This document shows, one piece after another, positions 50,202 to 62,535 of a DNA stretch of 64,000 nucleotides (the stretch's first letter is position 1; every line of letters begins with the position of its first letter). Made by a program: the position numbers and the translations under genes. The stretch is taken from NCBI RefSeq assembly GCF_018977255.1, contig NW_024704742.1:74154001-74218000 (forward strand). Direction: 5' to 3'. The notes below the pieces were generated by a model. That model did not search any database. It was not told the origin of the DNA and saw only the letters and a program-made list of their open reading frames with translations. This stretch comes from Callorhinchus milii. Its lineage: Eukaryota.

Positions 50202-50884
50202 GTAACCTTTACTTTAAACTGTTCGAGCAGTGACGGTACTTAACTACAAGTTAGGACAAGCACCTTATCAGCTGTCATGTGTTTGAGTCCAGGGTGACGA
50301 ATGTTCTGTTGACTGGGCCCCACTGGTCTGCTGTGGTCCATTCCCAAGATCTCACAACAGATTTAGAGCTCAGCACTCTTCATAAGTGCACATGCTATCT
50401 CTTTACTGTGAAGTGTGCTGGAATTCTGCCACCTCAGCTTTGTAACTCCAGGCACAGTACACTCACAAACACTCACCTTACCATGTGCCAATACACACAG
50501 CACAGTTAGCTATTGCTGTCATTCAGTGTGTGTGTGAGAGAGAAATTTCTCCTGGTCTAATTTTATTTTTTCAGAATTTCACATCATGAAGAATTTGACA
50601 AATTGTTGAATTTATTCTTTAACATTGACAAGTTTATAAGAAATGAATTTTAAAATTAAAATTGTATTTAAAAATTTGCAAAATTCTGCACATTCTGAAA
50701 TGTTAATAAGAGTAAATCTAGACCCAACTCCTCTTTTCCCTATTGAGTTAAGAAACAGAACATACTATGATTGGACAGAAAGAGACAACTTTCTGTGTGC
50801 TAGAATTGTTCATGTAAATAGAAGCACTGCGATGTCCAGGACTACACTCTACTCTTCTGAATTGACTGCTTGTTTTACAATACA

Positions 50885-51325
50885 GCACAAATTTACATTT
50901 ATATAGCGCCTTTCATGTTAGGAGGATGTTTGGGAGTGCAAGATGAGGGGGTGGGGGGGGGAAAGATGACTGAAAGAGTGGTCAAAACAGTAGATCTTGA
51001 GTTGGACTTTGAATGAGGTGTGGAAGGATTGAGTTGCAGGGACTCTGGGATGGAGTTCCAGAGATGGGAAGGAGATCACAGATGGGACAGTGGATAGGGC
51101 GGGGGACATGAAATACAACAGTGTGGAGAGGAGGGAGCAATTTGAACCATGGATTTCAAGTTTAAAGGACAGTTGAGAGTTGAACAACATACCAAGGTTT
51201 TGGATGGTCTCCGTGTATCTGTGTAGATTGACGCTGTCAGCACCTGAGGCGAGAAGATACTGACAGGAACCAATGAGCCTCTGTCGTGTTGAATTCAACT
51301 GTGGAAAATTAGAGCTCATCCAGTA
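50885..51325 (-). mobile_element. Degenerate L2 fragment; a further L2 tail lies at 51447-51560
   Basis: tttatatagcgcctttca tail; LIGSCQYLLASGADS. Confidence 0.7.
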
Positions 51326-52304
51326 CTCAATGGCTGCTCCAGTTCAGTCACCAATGTATGGGGAGTCAGTTGGCCTCTGTTGGCAGCGCTACAAGCTTTC
51401 TGTCCAGGGTTTGGAACTGTACAATCAGAGCATAGCTGAAATAAACCCAACAACAACAACAACAACTTGGATTTATATAGCGCCCTCCACGCCGGACGGC
51501 GTCTCAGAGCGCTTTACAATTTCGGATCCCGGGACCGAGCCGGGGGAGGGGATGTCAGCCTAGCCCAGTAAAGTCATTCCAGAAAGTGAGCTTTTCCACT
51601 CCCAATAGCACACTGTACACCTGGACATCCAGATACTCAGGGTTATCACCAAAGGGTTAAAGGGAGAGGCTAAAAAAAATGCCTTTTTTATTGCAAATGA
51701 TGATAATGATAATATTAATGCTTGCATTTGGTACAGTGCCTTTCACGTCGGGAGGATGTCTGAAACCACTTCACAGACTCCCAATGGCAATAATACACTC
51801 TTGTGTCTGAAAATAAGGCAAGGGACAAAACTATTGTTGCTGGAGAGTTTGAAGTGAAAATCAAACACTGTGTTCAGGGAATCGAGATTGTTAAAGTCTC
51901 TCTGTATAGCAACAACCTTCAGCACTCTGCAACACTCTCCTGTATGAAGGGCGCTATATAAATGCAAGTCGTTGTTGCTGCAAGTTACATTCAAAGTGCT
52001 TCCAATGTCTAAAATCGTCTGAGATTTGGATCACCTGCTTTTAATTTTTGGATGAATCTATTTGTTGCAGTGAATGCTAATTGTTAATTGTTATTTTGGG
52101 TGATATTTCCCTCTCTAAACATCTTTGACTTTAAATTCTGTATTTATTGTTTTACGGGGGGCTGCATTTTTGAGAATTGAGTGCCAATTTTATGCGTTTT
52201 TTTCTGAAAATCTGCAATCTGTATTTGGATATAATTCAAATTTGGTGCATTGTCAGTATGTATTAAAATTACAAACCCTTTATTAGGAATATGATCTTCT
52301 TTGG

Positions 52305-52690
52305 ATGTCAGCCTAGCTCAGTTGGTAGCAGTCTCACCTTTGAGTCACAAGTTGTGGGTTCAAGTCTTACATCAAGGCTTTGAACTCAGTTGGCCCTGGC
52401 TGACACTGCAATGCAGTACTGGGGATGTGCCACATTGTTGGAGGTGCCGTCCTTTGGATGAGATGTTAAACCGAGGCCCATCTGCTTGTTCAGTTGGGTT
52501 TTAAAGATCCCATGACACTATTCGAGAAGAGAAGGGGTTTCAGCTGGTGTCCTGGCCAACAATTTGCCAGATAAAAATTTTTTCCTGGCTGTTTAAGCAC
52601 ATCACTGAAAATAAATGGATTGATGTGATTGCCTACAAAATAAACAGTAACTACAGTTCACAGTATTTACGGTGAATCACTTTTGAGATA
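52305..52690 (+). mobile_element. Deu-domain SINE (family B)
   Basis: gtcagcctagctcagttggtagca...gggttcaagtc...ggatgagatgttaaaccgaggccc...aaagatcccatgacactattc. Confidence 0.8.
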
Positions 52691-52691
52691 C

Positions 52692-53058
52692 GATAATCCG
52701 TGCATTTGATATAGCGCCTTATCGTGTTTTTGAGATGTCTCAAAGCGCTTCACAGAATATACTGTAAAGTGAATTGACTATATTTTGTGGGCAAAATACA
52801 GAAGTCAATTGTGCACAGCAGTATCCCATAAACAGTTGTGGATTGAGTGACCACATTTTTAAAAAAAAAACTTCAAGGAATTATTATCCCCAGAAAAGCG
52901 ATCCACCAATCAACTAACAACCGGATTCCTACTTACTGCTAGGTAAACAGAGGCTTGTGGAGTACGGAAACTTTCCCAACATTTCGCCCTGCCTAGAATC
53001 GAACCCAGGTCTCTCGCTTGCGAGGCGAGTGCTCTAACCCACTAAGCTACAGGACTCC
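52692..53058 (-). mobile_element. SINE family A, long form, full length
   Basis: Reverse complement of tggagtcctgtagcttagtgggttagagcactcgcctcgcaagcgagagacctgggttcgattct through atcaaatgcacggatt. Confidence 0.88.
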
Positions 53059-54346
53059 AAGTACAGGTTATCCTCCTGACATGAAATGCAAGGATCTATA
53101 TCAAATGCAAGGATTATCCTTATTATATTATAACAAATGTTACTGAGCTGGATAGATTTTTAGGTTAGGGTATCAAGGCTTATGGGGCAAAGGCGGGCAT
53201 TTGGATTTGAGATACAGATCAACCATGATCTAATAGGATGGCGGAAGAGGCTCGAGGGACTGAATGGCTTACTCCTGATCCTATGTTCCTTGTTCCTATG
53301 TCCAGGGTGAGGCAAATATAAGGAGATTGAAGACTTTCCCAGTGCTCTCCCTGTTGGCCTCCCAGCTCCACTCTTCAGAAGTTGTAACTGCTCCAGAATT
53401 AAAATCTGTTCTTTCCTGCAAAAAGGCTCCGGACTCCCCCTCGGCACCTATCCCCAACTTGGGTACAAACAAGTTTATAAGAAATGAATTTTAAAATTAA
53501 AATTGTATTTAAAAATTAGCAAAATTGTGCACATTCTGAAATGTTAATAAGAGTCCAGTGAGTCCAGTATATTCTGTGAAGCGCTTTGAAATGTCCAGTG
53601 GCTTGTGATGCCTGATGACATGAAATGTCTCATGTAAATGTCAGTTTGTATTGTATTGTAACTTCATCTGCAAGGAAGTGGTGTTACATTTATATCAGGC
53701 AGTGCTTACATGCAATTCTGTGTAGCCAGTTACAGAGAGCACATCAGAGCAATGGCGTGGGGAAGGGTTATAGTTAAGAGAGTAAGCTTGAAAGATTAGT
53801 TGTGTTTTTACTGGCATAGGGAATGATAAGAGGAGATCTAAAAGAGAAGATAGATAGTGAAAGATGTTTCCACTGATCGGTAAATCAGTAACAAGAGGAC
53901 ATAAGCTCAGGGTTGTCACTGGAAAGGGAGGTTAATAGAAACATTTTCACACGGAGGGTTGTTAGACCATGGAACACATTGGTACAGGTGGTTATTGAGG
54001 CTGAGCAAGTACTCTCTGCACAAGCCCACACTGCAGCAACTGCTCATGTACAAGCTTCCAGTTGTTCCTCACTTGCCTTCCCAATATACTGTACAACTGG
54101 TTCCAAACTATTGCAGCATATTTTATAGTCTGAAAGATGTTGACTGTGGGGCTAATGGGAGACCTCACGAGTTCATAAGATTACAAGATCAGTTTGTATG
54201 GAGAAAGCTCTTTGGCCTATCTGATTTCATCCTTCTTGAATACCCACCTTACCATCCTCCCATCACAGCATTGAGCTGCTTTTTAACTGAGTCCAACATC
54301 CTGGCCTCAAACACCTTTCCTGGCAACCTGTTCCTGTCTTTAATTT

Positions 54347-54918
54347 GTGGAGTCCTGTAGCTCTGCGTTTAGAACACTCGCCTCGCAAGCTTTAGGCAAG
54401 TTTCCTTACTCCACACGCCTCTGTTTACCTAGGAGTAAGTAGGAACCCGGTTGTTACCTGGGGGTAATAATCCCTTCAAAAAAATATTAATAATAATTTG
54501 GTCAATCAATTCACGACTGTTTGTGGGACACTGTTGTGTGCAATTGGCTGCACGTTTCGCCCACAAAATATGGAGTGAATTAACTTTTTACAGTATATTC
54601 TGTGAAGTGCTTTAAGATATCTCGAAGATGCGCTATATCAAAGAGTATTATTATATGCAAGGATTATTATTATAATTAATAGCTGTGTCCCACAAACAGT
54701 TGTGGATTGAAGTGACCAATTTATTAATATATATATTTTTTGAAGGAATTATTACCTCTGGAAAAGCAATCCGCCAATTGACTAACAACCAGGTTCCTAC
54801 TTACTGCTCGGTAAACAGAGCTGTGTGAAGTAAGGAAACTTACCCAATATTTCGCCCTGCCGGGAATTGAACCCAGTTGTGAGGCGACTGCTCTAACCAC
54901 TGAGTTGCAGGACTCCAC
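54347..54918. mobile_element. Two family A long-form SINEs tail to tail (+ 54347-54672; - 54684-54918)
   Basis: gtggagtcctgtag... on the left and ...gcaggactccac on the right. Confidence 0.85.
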
Positions 54919-54944
54919 AATAATTATAATACATAATTATTATA

Positions 54945-55520
54945 ACTATCTTCTGAATAAAGAAAAGCTTCCTGGTATCTGTCCTGAAATTGCCCTTTAC
55001 AACTCTACACTTATGTCCTATTGGTCTACTGTCTTGATGCCTTCTAAAGTAATGATTTGGGTTTACTTTTTCAATCCCATTTAAAATATTACACATCTCT
55101 ATGAGGTCCCCCCTAAGTCATCCTCTCTCAGGACCAAAGAGCTCTAGTTTGCCCGATTGTTGCTCGTAGCTCATTCTTCTAACACTGGGGATCATCCTCG
55201 TAGATCTCCTCTGCACCACCTCTAGGGTCTGGGCAACCCCCTCATATTATGGTGACCAGTAGGTGTGGTCTTAGCAGAGCACTGAACAGCCTAAGTATAA
55301 CGTTTGGGGATCAAAACTCAACTGATTTAGCAATCTAGCCCAGCATCATGTTTGCCTTGTTTATTTCTGCCTCCTGCTGTTTTAACATAGAGCAACAAGT
55401 CAACAAACACCCATCGATCTCTTTCAGCTTCCCCCTTGGCAAGTGCAATCCCATCCATGGAGAACTTGTGTTTACTGTTCTTGTATTCTATATGCAGTAC
55501 CTTGCATTTACCCATATTAT
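54945..55520 (-). mobile_element. CR1-clade LINE fragment
   Basis: KCKVLHI...; ILNGIEKVNPNHYF...GHKCRVVKGNFRTDTRKLFFIQ. Confidence 0.8.
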
Positions 55521-58009
55521 TTTCCCCTGCAATTCTGCTCCAACAAAAAATTTAAGCAAAATGGTCTCACTGGCTAAGTCTAGGCATGGTTTGGGAACAG
55601 AGGCCCTGAATTCCACCTAGTCTTTCATGTTTCCACTGCTGTCTAGATATCAGAAGATTATCTGTGATAATACAACCTTTGCAATAGGCATTGATTCAAG
55701 TGGCTGTCCTCTAATACCCACAAAATGCCTCCAGCAAGTGGTCCAACCATTCAATACTACTCACACTGAGCCTGGTTGAGATAAACAGCAATCTTCCCAC
55801 ACTCTGCATGGAGAGAGCATCTTTGTTAAGAGTTTAATGACATGATAGATGCTGGCCTAAAGCTCTTTTTGAAAAAAAACTCCAAATTAGGGAAACTATA
55901 ATAAATTACAGGGCGATGAGGTAGAAAGATCTTTCCAATTAAAACACAGAGCTCATGTTTTTTGTCCTTCAAAAGCACTAAAAATGGTAAAATAAGTCCC
56001 GGCTGTATAGTTGTATTGCTTATGTTAAAAGTCCTGTGACAGGCTCAGGGAACCTTGCAGTGATGAGAACTGGTGAATAATGCATCATGCACTCGCTTTC
56101 ATCTTGCTGCATATTTCTGTGTTCTGGGCAGAGAGTCTGAATTTAAAATTTTTCCTGCTAATAATAAGCCTTGTGTTTGATATAGCGCCTTATCGTATCA
56201 TGAAAACATCTCAAACAGCTTCGCAGGATTTTACTGTGAAGTGTAGTGACTCTTTGTAGGCAAATACTGCAGCCAATTTGCACATGACAATGTCCCACAA
56301 CTAGCTCTGAAGTGAATGACCAATTCTATTCAATACAATAAAACTTATGTTTATGTAGCACTGTTCACTTCAGGAGGACATCCCAAAAGCACAAACACAC
56401 GGATGGGCACCCAAGCTGTTGGGGGGTGGTGGGAGGGGTGGGTTGGGATCCAAGGGGGAAGGGTGAATAGTAAAAAGATGACTGAAAGCGCAACGAAAGA
56501 GGTACATTTTCAGACATGGGTTGAAAGAGGGGAGGTAGGGAGCAGAGGGATTGCAGCAGGGAGTTTCAGAGAGAGGGGCAGAATGGCTGACAAAACACCC
56601 ACAGATGTTGGGGTGGATAGGGTAGGGCCCATAAAGCAGATAGTGCTCCCTGAGTGAAGGGAGAGGCCTGGACTCTGTGGGATTGTTTGGGGATTTGGTT
56701 GGATTGGAATTGGGATTATCTGTGGAATTGTTGGCCAGGACACTGCGCTGGGAAAATTTGCCTTCTCTTTTTGAAACGTGCCTTGGAATGTTTAACATCC
56801 ATCCGAACGGGCAGTTTAATATCTCATATGAAGGATGACACCTCTGACAATGCGGTGCTATCCCAACACTTCTCTGGAGTGTCACCCTAATAATTAAAAA
56901 GATGCTACATTTAATATAGCATCTTTCATGTCAGGAGGACATCTTGAAGAGCTTCACAGGATTAACCCCCCATTTTAGCACAGTCTTTCAGTCATTCTGC
57001 CTCCACTGTCTGGAATTCCATCCTGGATAGCTCGCTCCCTTCTATCGCTCAAGGCCCATCTCAAGATTATCCTCTTTGACCATGTTTTTAGTCATCTTTC
57101 CCATCCCCTCCCCACTCCCTTTGACTCCCATTCCCACCTCAGGTAACCAGCCAGAACTTTAAGGCATCCGCCTGACATGAAAGACATAATATAATTGTGA
57201 ATTGTACAGTATTGGTGTCATGTGGACCCAACAACCAATGTTTACTTCCCATGCTAAAAGCAATGCCAGACTTCCGGATCATCAGGTCACTATTGACATG
57301 ATTTCCCCTGAGTTGAATTTAGGGAACAAAGCTAGAAGGAAGGATTGGCCTGCCTGGGACTTTTCTGAAAAGACTTTTCTGAAAACTGAGAAGGGCAGGG
57401 GAGAATGATAGAGATGTTTACATTTAGGAAGACTTAGGAGAACATTTTGAGGCAGGCAAGCTTTTCTGTTGTGTGGCAAACTAAAGCGCAAAATATTATA
57501 GCTTCAAAATAGGACAAAAACGGATAGAAAATGGAGATGTATTTAATAAAAGGTGATAGGCATGTTGAACAAATGCCTAGCACAGATGATGGAAAAGGGA
57601 TGTAAAAAGGGATTCAAAAATGAATTAAAGGATAAAAGGTTATTAGGTGATAGGATAGATGTGTCAAAGGAATCTTTGGGGAATTTGGATGGGTAGACAG
57701 GCCAATGTGTGCTGTGTGTGTTGTTGTGTGAATTACTGTTTTATGAAGAAGGCTTCCTTGACTGAAAGTCACAGGATTAAAGTTAGACAGCGCTGAGGAG
57801 ACCTGGTGGTTAGGAGGTCTGAATCTGTACAGGATGTTCCGTACTGTGGGTTGCGAAGTGGGAAGTAGCACAGTTCTGAGATTTATGACTCAGTTAAGCA
57901 TACTTTCTTTGTTCTTAACTCTTTGAAAGATAATGATTATAATAACACAAAGGTAAAACTGTGCTTGTTTTTATTTACTAATAAATGTATTTTTCCTTCC
58001 TGTGCTTAG

Positions 58010-58179
58010 AGAACGGTCGATGATAAAGATGAGCCATAGCACTTCTGAGGGAGAAAAGCCAAGCTGTGGCTCTGTGGAAAATCTAGTGGGAATTTCCGAA
58101 GGAATGAATGGTAGATTCCCTGCAGTCTCCACTGAGAGTCTGGGCTCTGATTCTGACACAAGGACCTTTCATGACAGGG
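58010..58179 (+). CDS. PRAG1: PRAG1 coding exon (ERSMIKMSHSTSEGEK...STESLGSDSDTRTFHDR)
   Basis: gcttag|AGAACG...CAGGG|gtaagt; 170 nt; phase 2 in and phase 1 out fit both neighbours; resembles the pragmin STDSLASDS segment. Confidence 0.9.
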
Positions 58180-58257
58180 GTAAGTAAATCTCTCAGCCCA
58201 AGGTATATTTTCCTGTGTTCTAAAATGTTGTGTTTGAAGTATATGTGGAGTCCTGTA

Positions 58258-60130
58258 CAACAACAACAACAACAAGAGTCCATTTATAGAGCGCCTTTCA
58301 GGTCGGGAGGACGTCCCAAGGCGCTGTACAGTTGGGTCGGGACCCGAGCAGGGGGGAAATGGTCAGGGTGAGGGGAGGGAAGGGAGGGAGCGAGGAGGGG
58401 GAAATGGTCAGGGTGAGGGGAGGGAAGGGAGGAAGCGAGGAGGGGGAAGAGAGTCAAGAAGGGAGCTGAAGGCTCGGTCAAAGAGAAAGGTTTTGAGACC
58501 GGCCTTGAAGGAGGAAAGGGAGGAAGCGGCGAAGGCACTGGGGGATAGAGTTCCAGAGCCTCGGGGCTGAGAGGCTGAAGGCCCGACCACCGATGGTAGG
58601 GCGGTTGGGGCGGGGGACGTGGAGCAGACCGGAGCCAGAGGAACGGAGGGTACGGGCAGGTAGGTAGGGGGATAGTAGGTTGGAGAGGTAGGAGGGAGCA
58701 AGGCCGTGAATGGCCTTGTAGGTGAGGATGAGGATCTTGAATTCGATCCTCTGGGGGATGGGGAGCCAGTGGAGGCGAGCGAGGGTGGGAGTGATGTGGT
58801 CCCGAAGCCTGGTGCGGGACAGTACACGAGCTGCAGAGTTCTGAATGACCTGCAGTGTGGAGGGAGGTGCCGGGAAGGCCGGCGAGGAGAGAGTTCCCAT
58901 AGTCCAGCCTTGAGGTGATAAAGGCGTGGACCAGAGTTTCAGCCGCGTGAGGGGTGAGGTAGTGCCGTAGTCTGGCGATGTTCCGGAGGTGATGGAAGGC
59001 GGTGCCAGTTGTGGTGCGGATATGAGGGAGAAAGGACAGCTCAGGGTCGAACAGAACCCCGAGGTTCCTGATGGCTTTGAGAGGTGGAGAGTGCAGCCTT
59101 GGATGCTGATGCTGTCAGCGCCTGAGGTGCGGAGGCGCTGACGTGAGCCAATCAGGAGGGCCTCAGTTTTTCGCACGTTGAGCTGAAGAAAGTTGTCTCT
59201 CGTCCAGGACTCGATGTCGGACAGGCAGCTGTCAGGACATCGGTGGTCGTGGAGTTGAGGGTAGAGGAGGAAAGGTAGAGTTGGGTGTCATCCGCATACA
59301 TGTGGAAGTTAACCCCATGTCTGCGGATGATGTCACCACAGGGGGAGCATATAGAGGGTGAAGAGGAGGGGACCGAGGACAGAGCCCTGAGGGACACCGC
59401 ACGAGACAGTGCGGGGGCTGGAGGAAAAGCCGTTTGTGGAAACAAAATGAAGACGGTGGGAGAGGTACGACCTAAACCACTCAAGGACAGGGCCTTGAAG
59501 GTTGAGGTGGGAGGACAGGCGGTGGAGTAGGATAGCGTGGTCGACCGTATCGAATGCTGCCGATAGGTCGAGGAGGACAAGGAGGCAGAGGGAGCCCTGG
59601 TCACAGATGGTCAGGATGTCATTGGTGACCTTGACCAGGGCAGTTTCTGTGCTGTGGGCAGCACGGAAACCCGACTGAAGGGGTTCGAATAGTGAATGGG
59701 TGGAGAGGAAAGAGCGCAGCTGGGAGGCGACAACTCTTTCGAGGACTTTGGACAGGAAGGAATGGGAACAGAGTCAGAGGAGAGGGACAGGTTGATGATG
59801 TCTGTGATATGTGGGGCAAGGAGGTGGAGCTGAGAGATGAGGAGTGGAGTGGGGATGGGGTCAAGGGAGCAGGTGGTGGGTTTCAGGGATAGGATGAGTT
59901 TGGTGACAGAGGGTGGGGAAACGGGTACGAACGTGTGTAGGGGAGGATGGGTAGGAGTCGGAGTGTGGGAGGGAGGGGGTGGGGGTTGGGTGGAGGTTGG
60001 AGGGGAGGTGACCGTGGAGCGGATTCCCTTGATTTTGGATTCAAGGAAATCCAGCATCTCCTCACAGTGAAGGTTGGAGGAGATGACCTGCGCGGGGGGG
60101 CGGGGGGAACGGAGGAGTCGGGATGTGGTA
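58258..60130 (-). mobile_element. Young L2-clade LINE, 5'-truncated ~1.9 kb, with a 45-bp tandem duplication in its 3'UTR
   Basis: CpG-rich; TTCSLDPIPT, HMYADDTQLY, RLHWLPIPQRIEFKILILTYKA; (caa)n tail at 58258; duplication 58352-58396/58397-58441. Confidence 0.93.
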
Positions 60131-60355
60131 GACCAGTGGTTGGAGCACTCACCTCACAAGTGAGAGACCTGGGTTCAATTCCCGTTAGGGCGAAACTTTG
60201 GGCAAGTTTCCTTACTCCACGCGCCTCTGTTTACCTAGCAGTAAGTAGGCATCCGGTTGTTTGGCGGATCGCTTTTCCGGGGGTAACACTTCTTTCAAAA
60301 CAAACAAAAAATTGTTCACTCAATCCACAACTGTTTGTGGGAGATTGCTGTGCGC

Positions 60356-60668
60356 AGTCCTGTCGCTCAGTAGTTAGAGCACTCGCTTTGCAAGCGAGAG
60401 ACCTGAGTTCAATTCCAGGCAGGGCGAAACCTTGGGCAAGTTTCCTTACTCTACACGCCTAATAATAATCCCTCCAAAACCAAAAACAATAATAAATTGG
60501 TCATTTTCAATCTACGACTGTTTGTGGGACATTGCTGTGCGCAATTGGCTGCCGCGTTTGCCCACAAATATACAGTCAATTCACTTTACAGTCTATTCTG
60601 TGAAGCGCTTTGGGACGTCTAGAAGATGTGAAAAGAGCTGTATCAAATGCAAGGATTATTATTATTTA
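60356..60668 (+). mobile_element. SINE family A, short form, nested in an older long-form SINE
   Basis: Inserted between tgtgcgc and aattgg of the host SINE. Confidence 0.88.
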
Positions 60669-60771
60669 TTAATTGGTTGCCGTGTTTCGACTACAAAGTA
60701 TACAGTCAATTAATTTTACAATATATTCTGTGAAGTGCTTTGAGACGTCTTGAAGACATGATAAGGTGCTA

Positions 60772-61260
60772 CAGCAACAACAACAACTTTGATTTATATA
60801 GTGTCCTCCACACTGGACGGCATCTCGGAGCGCTTTACAGTAACGGATCCCGGGGCCAAGCCAGGGGGAGGGGGAGGAAGGTGACCAAAGGAAGAAAAGT
60901 CTTCAGCAGAGATCTGAAAATGGGAGGGAACGAGACGAAGGGAGTGAGGAGGCAGTTCCAGATCCTCGGGGCATAGTGGCTGAAGGTACAGCCGCCGAGG
61001 GTGGAGTGGAGGACTCGGGGGACAAGGAGGAGGCCAGACCCGGAGGAACGAAGGCAACGGGTACAGTGCTGAGGAGAGAGGAGGTCAGAGAGGTAGGGGG
61101 GGTGCAGAGGAGTGGAGGGACTTGAATACGAGGGTGAGGATCTTGAAATCGATCCTCTCTGGGATAGGGAACCAGTGCAGTCTGGTGAGGATTGTGGTGA
61201 TCGGGGAGTGGAGTTTCGTGCGGGTGAGAATGCGGGCGGCAGAGTTCTGAATGAGTTGGA
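60772..61260 (-). mobile_element. L2-clade LINE 3' fragment nested in a SINE tail
   Basis: (caa)n tail at 60772; the host SINE resumes with tatatcaaatgcaaggattatt at 61261. Confidence 0.88.
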
Positions 61261-61767
61261 TATATCAAATGCAAGGATTATTATTATATTTCTTCCATAG
61301 AACCAGCCAGGAGAAATAATCTTCAGTGGAATCGTTTATGATTATTTGTCATTTTTTCCATTTTTTTTCTATTTGAGTGAACATCCAATGAGCTGTAATG
61401 TTCTTTCTGTTCCTGTATATTTCTACATTCTGAAATTTATGATAATCCTCACACAGGCAAGAATCTTAACTCGATTACTGACCATGTACGAATACAGTAA
61501 TCTTATAATAAAAATCCTTGCATTTGCCTCAACATGTCATTGAAACATTTCAAAATGCCACACATGATTTACTGTAAAGTGTAGTGATTTTTAGATTGTT
61601 AAACTGATTTTTTAGGTGAATCTGGCAGTCAATCTGCACACAACAATGTTCCACAAATAGCCATGATTTTCACATCAATGCTCTCTGCATCCTGGTGCTA
61701 TCATTGATCTATTGGAATGTGCCTTTAACTGTGCAGTCCAGGTTTACCCTTAAACCTCATCCTTGCC

Positions 61768-62188
61768 CAGCTCCACTGGCTCCCCATCCCCCAGAGGATA
61801 GAGTTCAAAGTCCTCCTCCACGCCTTCAAGACCCTCCACGGCCTTGCTCCTTCCTACGTCCTGCTAACCCCATATCTGTTCCCTCTGCTCACCATGTCCC
61901 CTGCTTGGTCCACCCCACCCTTGGGGTCGGGCTTTCAGCCTTTCGTCCCCCACACTTGGAACTTCATCCCACAGTCCCTTTGCCTTGCACCCTCTCTTGC
62001 CTCCTACAAAGCATGTCTTAAGACCCTCCTCTTCGACCGCGCATTTGGCCAACCTTCTACCCCAACCTTCCCTGCCCTCCACCCCCCCTCGATTTGAATC
62101 CATGCTCAGGTCCAAATCTCTGACAGTCCAGCGCCTCGGGACGTCCTCCCAACATGAAAGGCGCTATACAAATGTAATTTGTTGTTGT
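61768..62188 (+). mobile_element. L2-clade LINE 3' fragment
   Basis: ctccactggctccccatcccccagaggatagagttcaaa...aaaggcgctatacaaatgtaatttgttgttgtt. Confidence 0.87.
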
Positions 62189-62535
62189 TACCCCAAGCAC
62201 ATGACAAACAGGATTGCTATTTGGCTGTGGCACAGTGAATGGGACACGTTTACTCAGTAATGAATGGAGTGACTGCATTATCTAGCAGCCAGCCACTGAC
62301 CTCTTTCTTTTGGCTGAGTTTATGGGTTTGTTTGGAGCGTTAAACCGAGGCTCGTCTGTCTGTTCAGGTGGATGTTAAAGACCCCATGGCACTATTCAAA
62401 GGGAGAAGGGAGTTTCAGAACATTCAGGAAGATTCAACCTGCACTGAACATTCTTAGGATTAGACAGCTTCAGGCTCACACTTGGTTGGTCTAAAGAGTC
62501 TGGTCCTATTAAACTTAGGAAGCAGCTCTGGGGTG

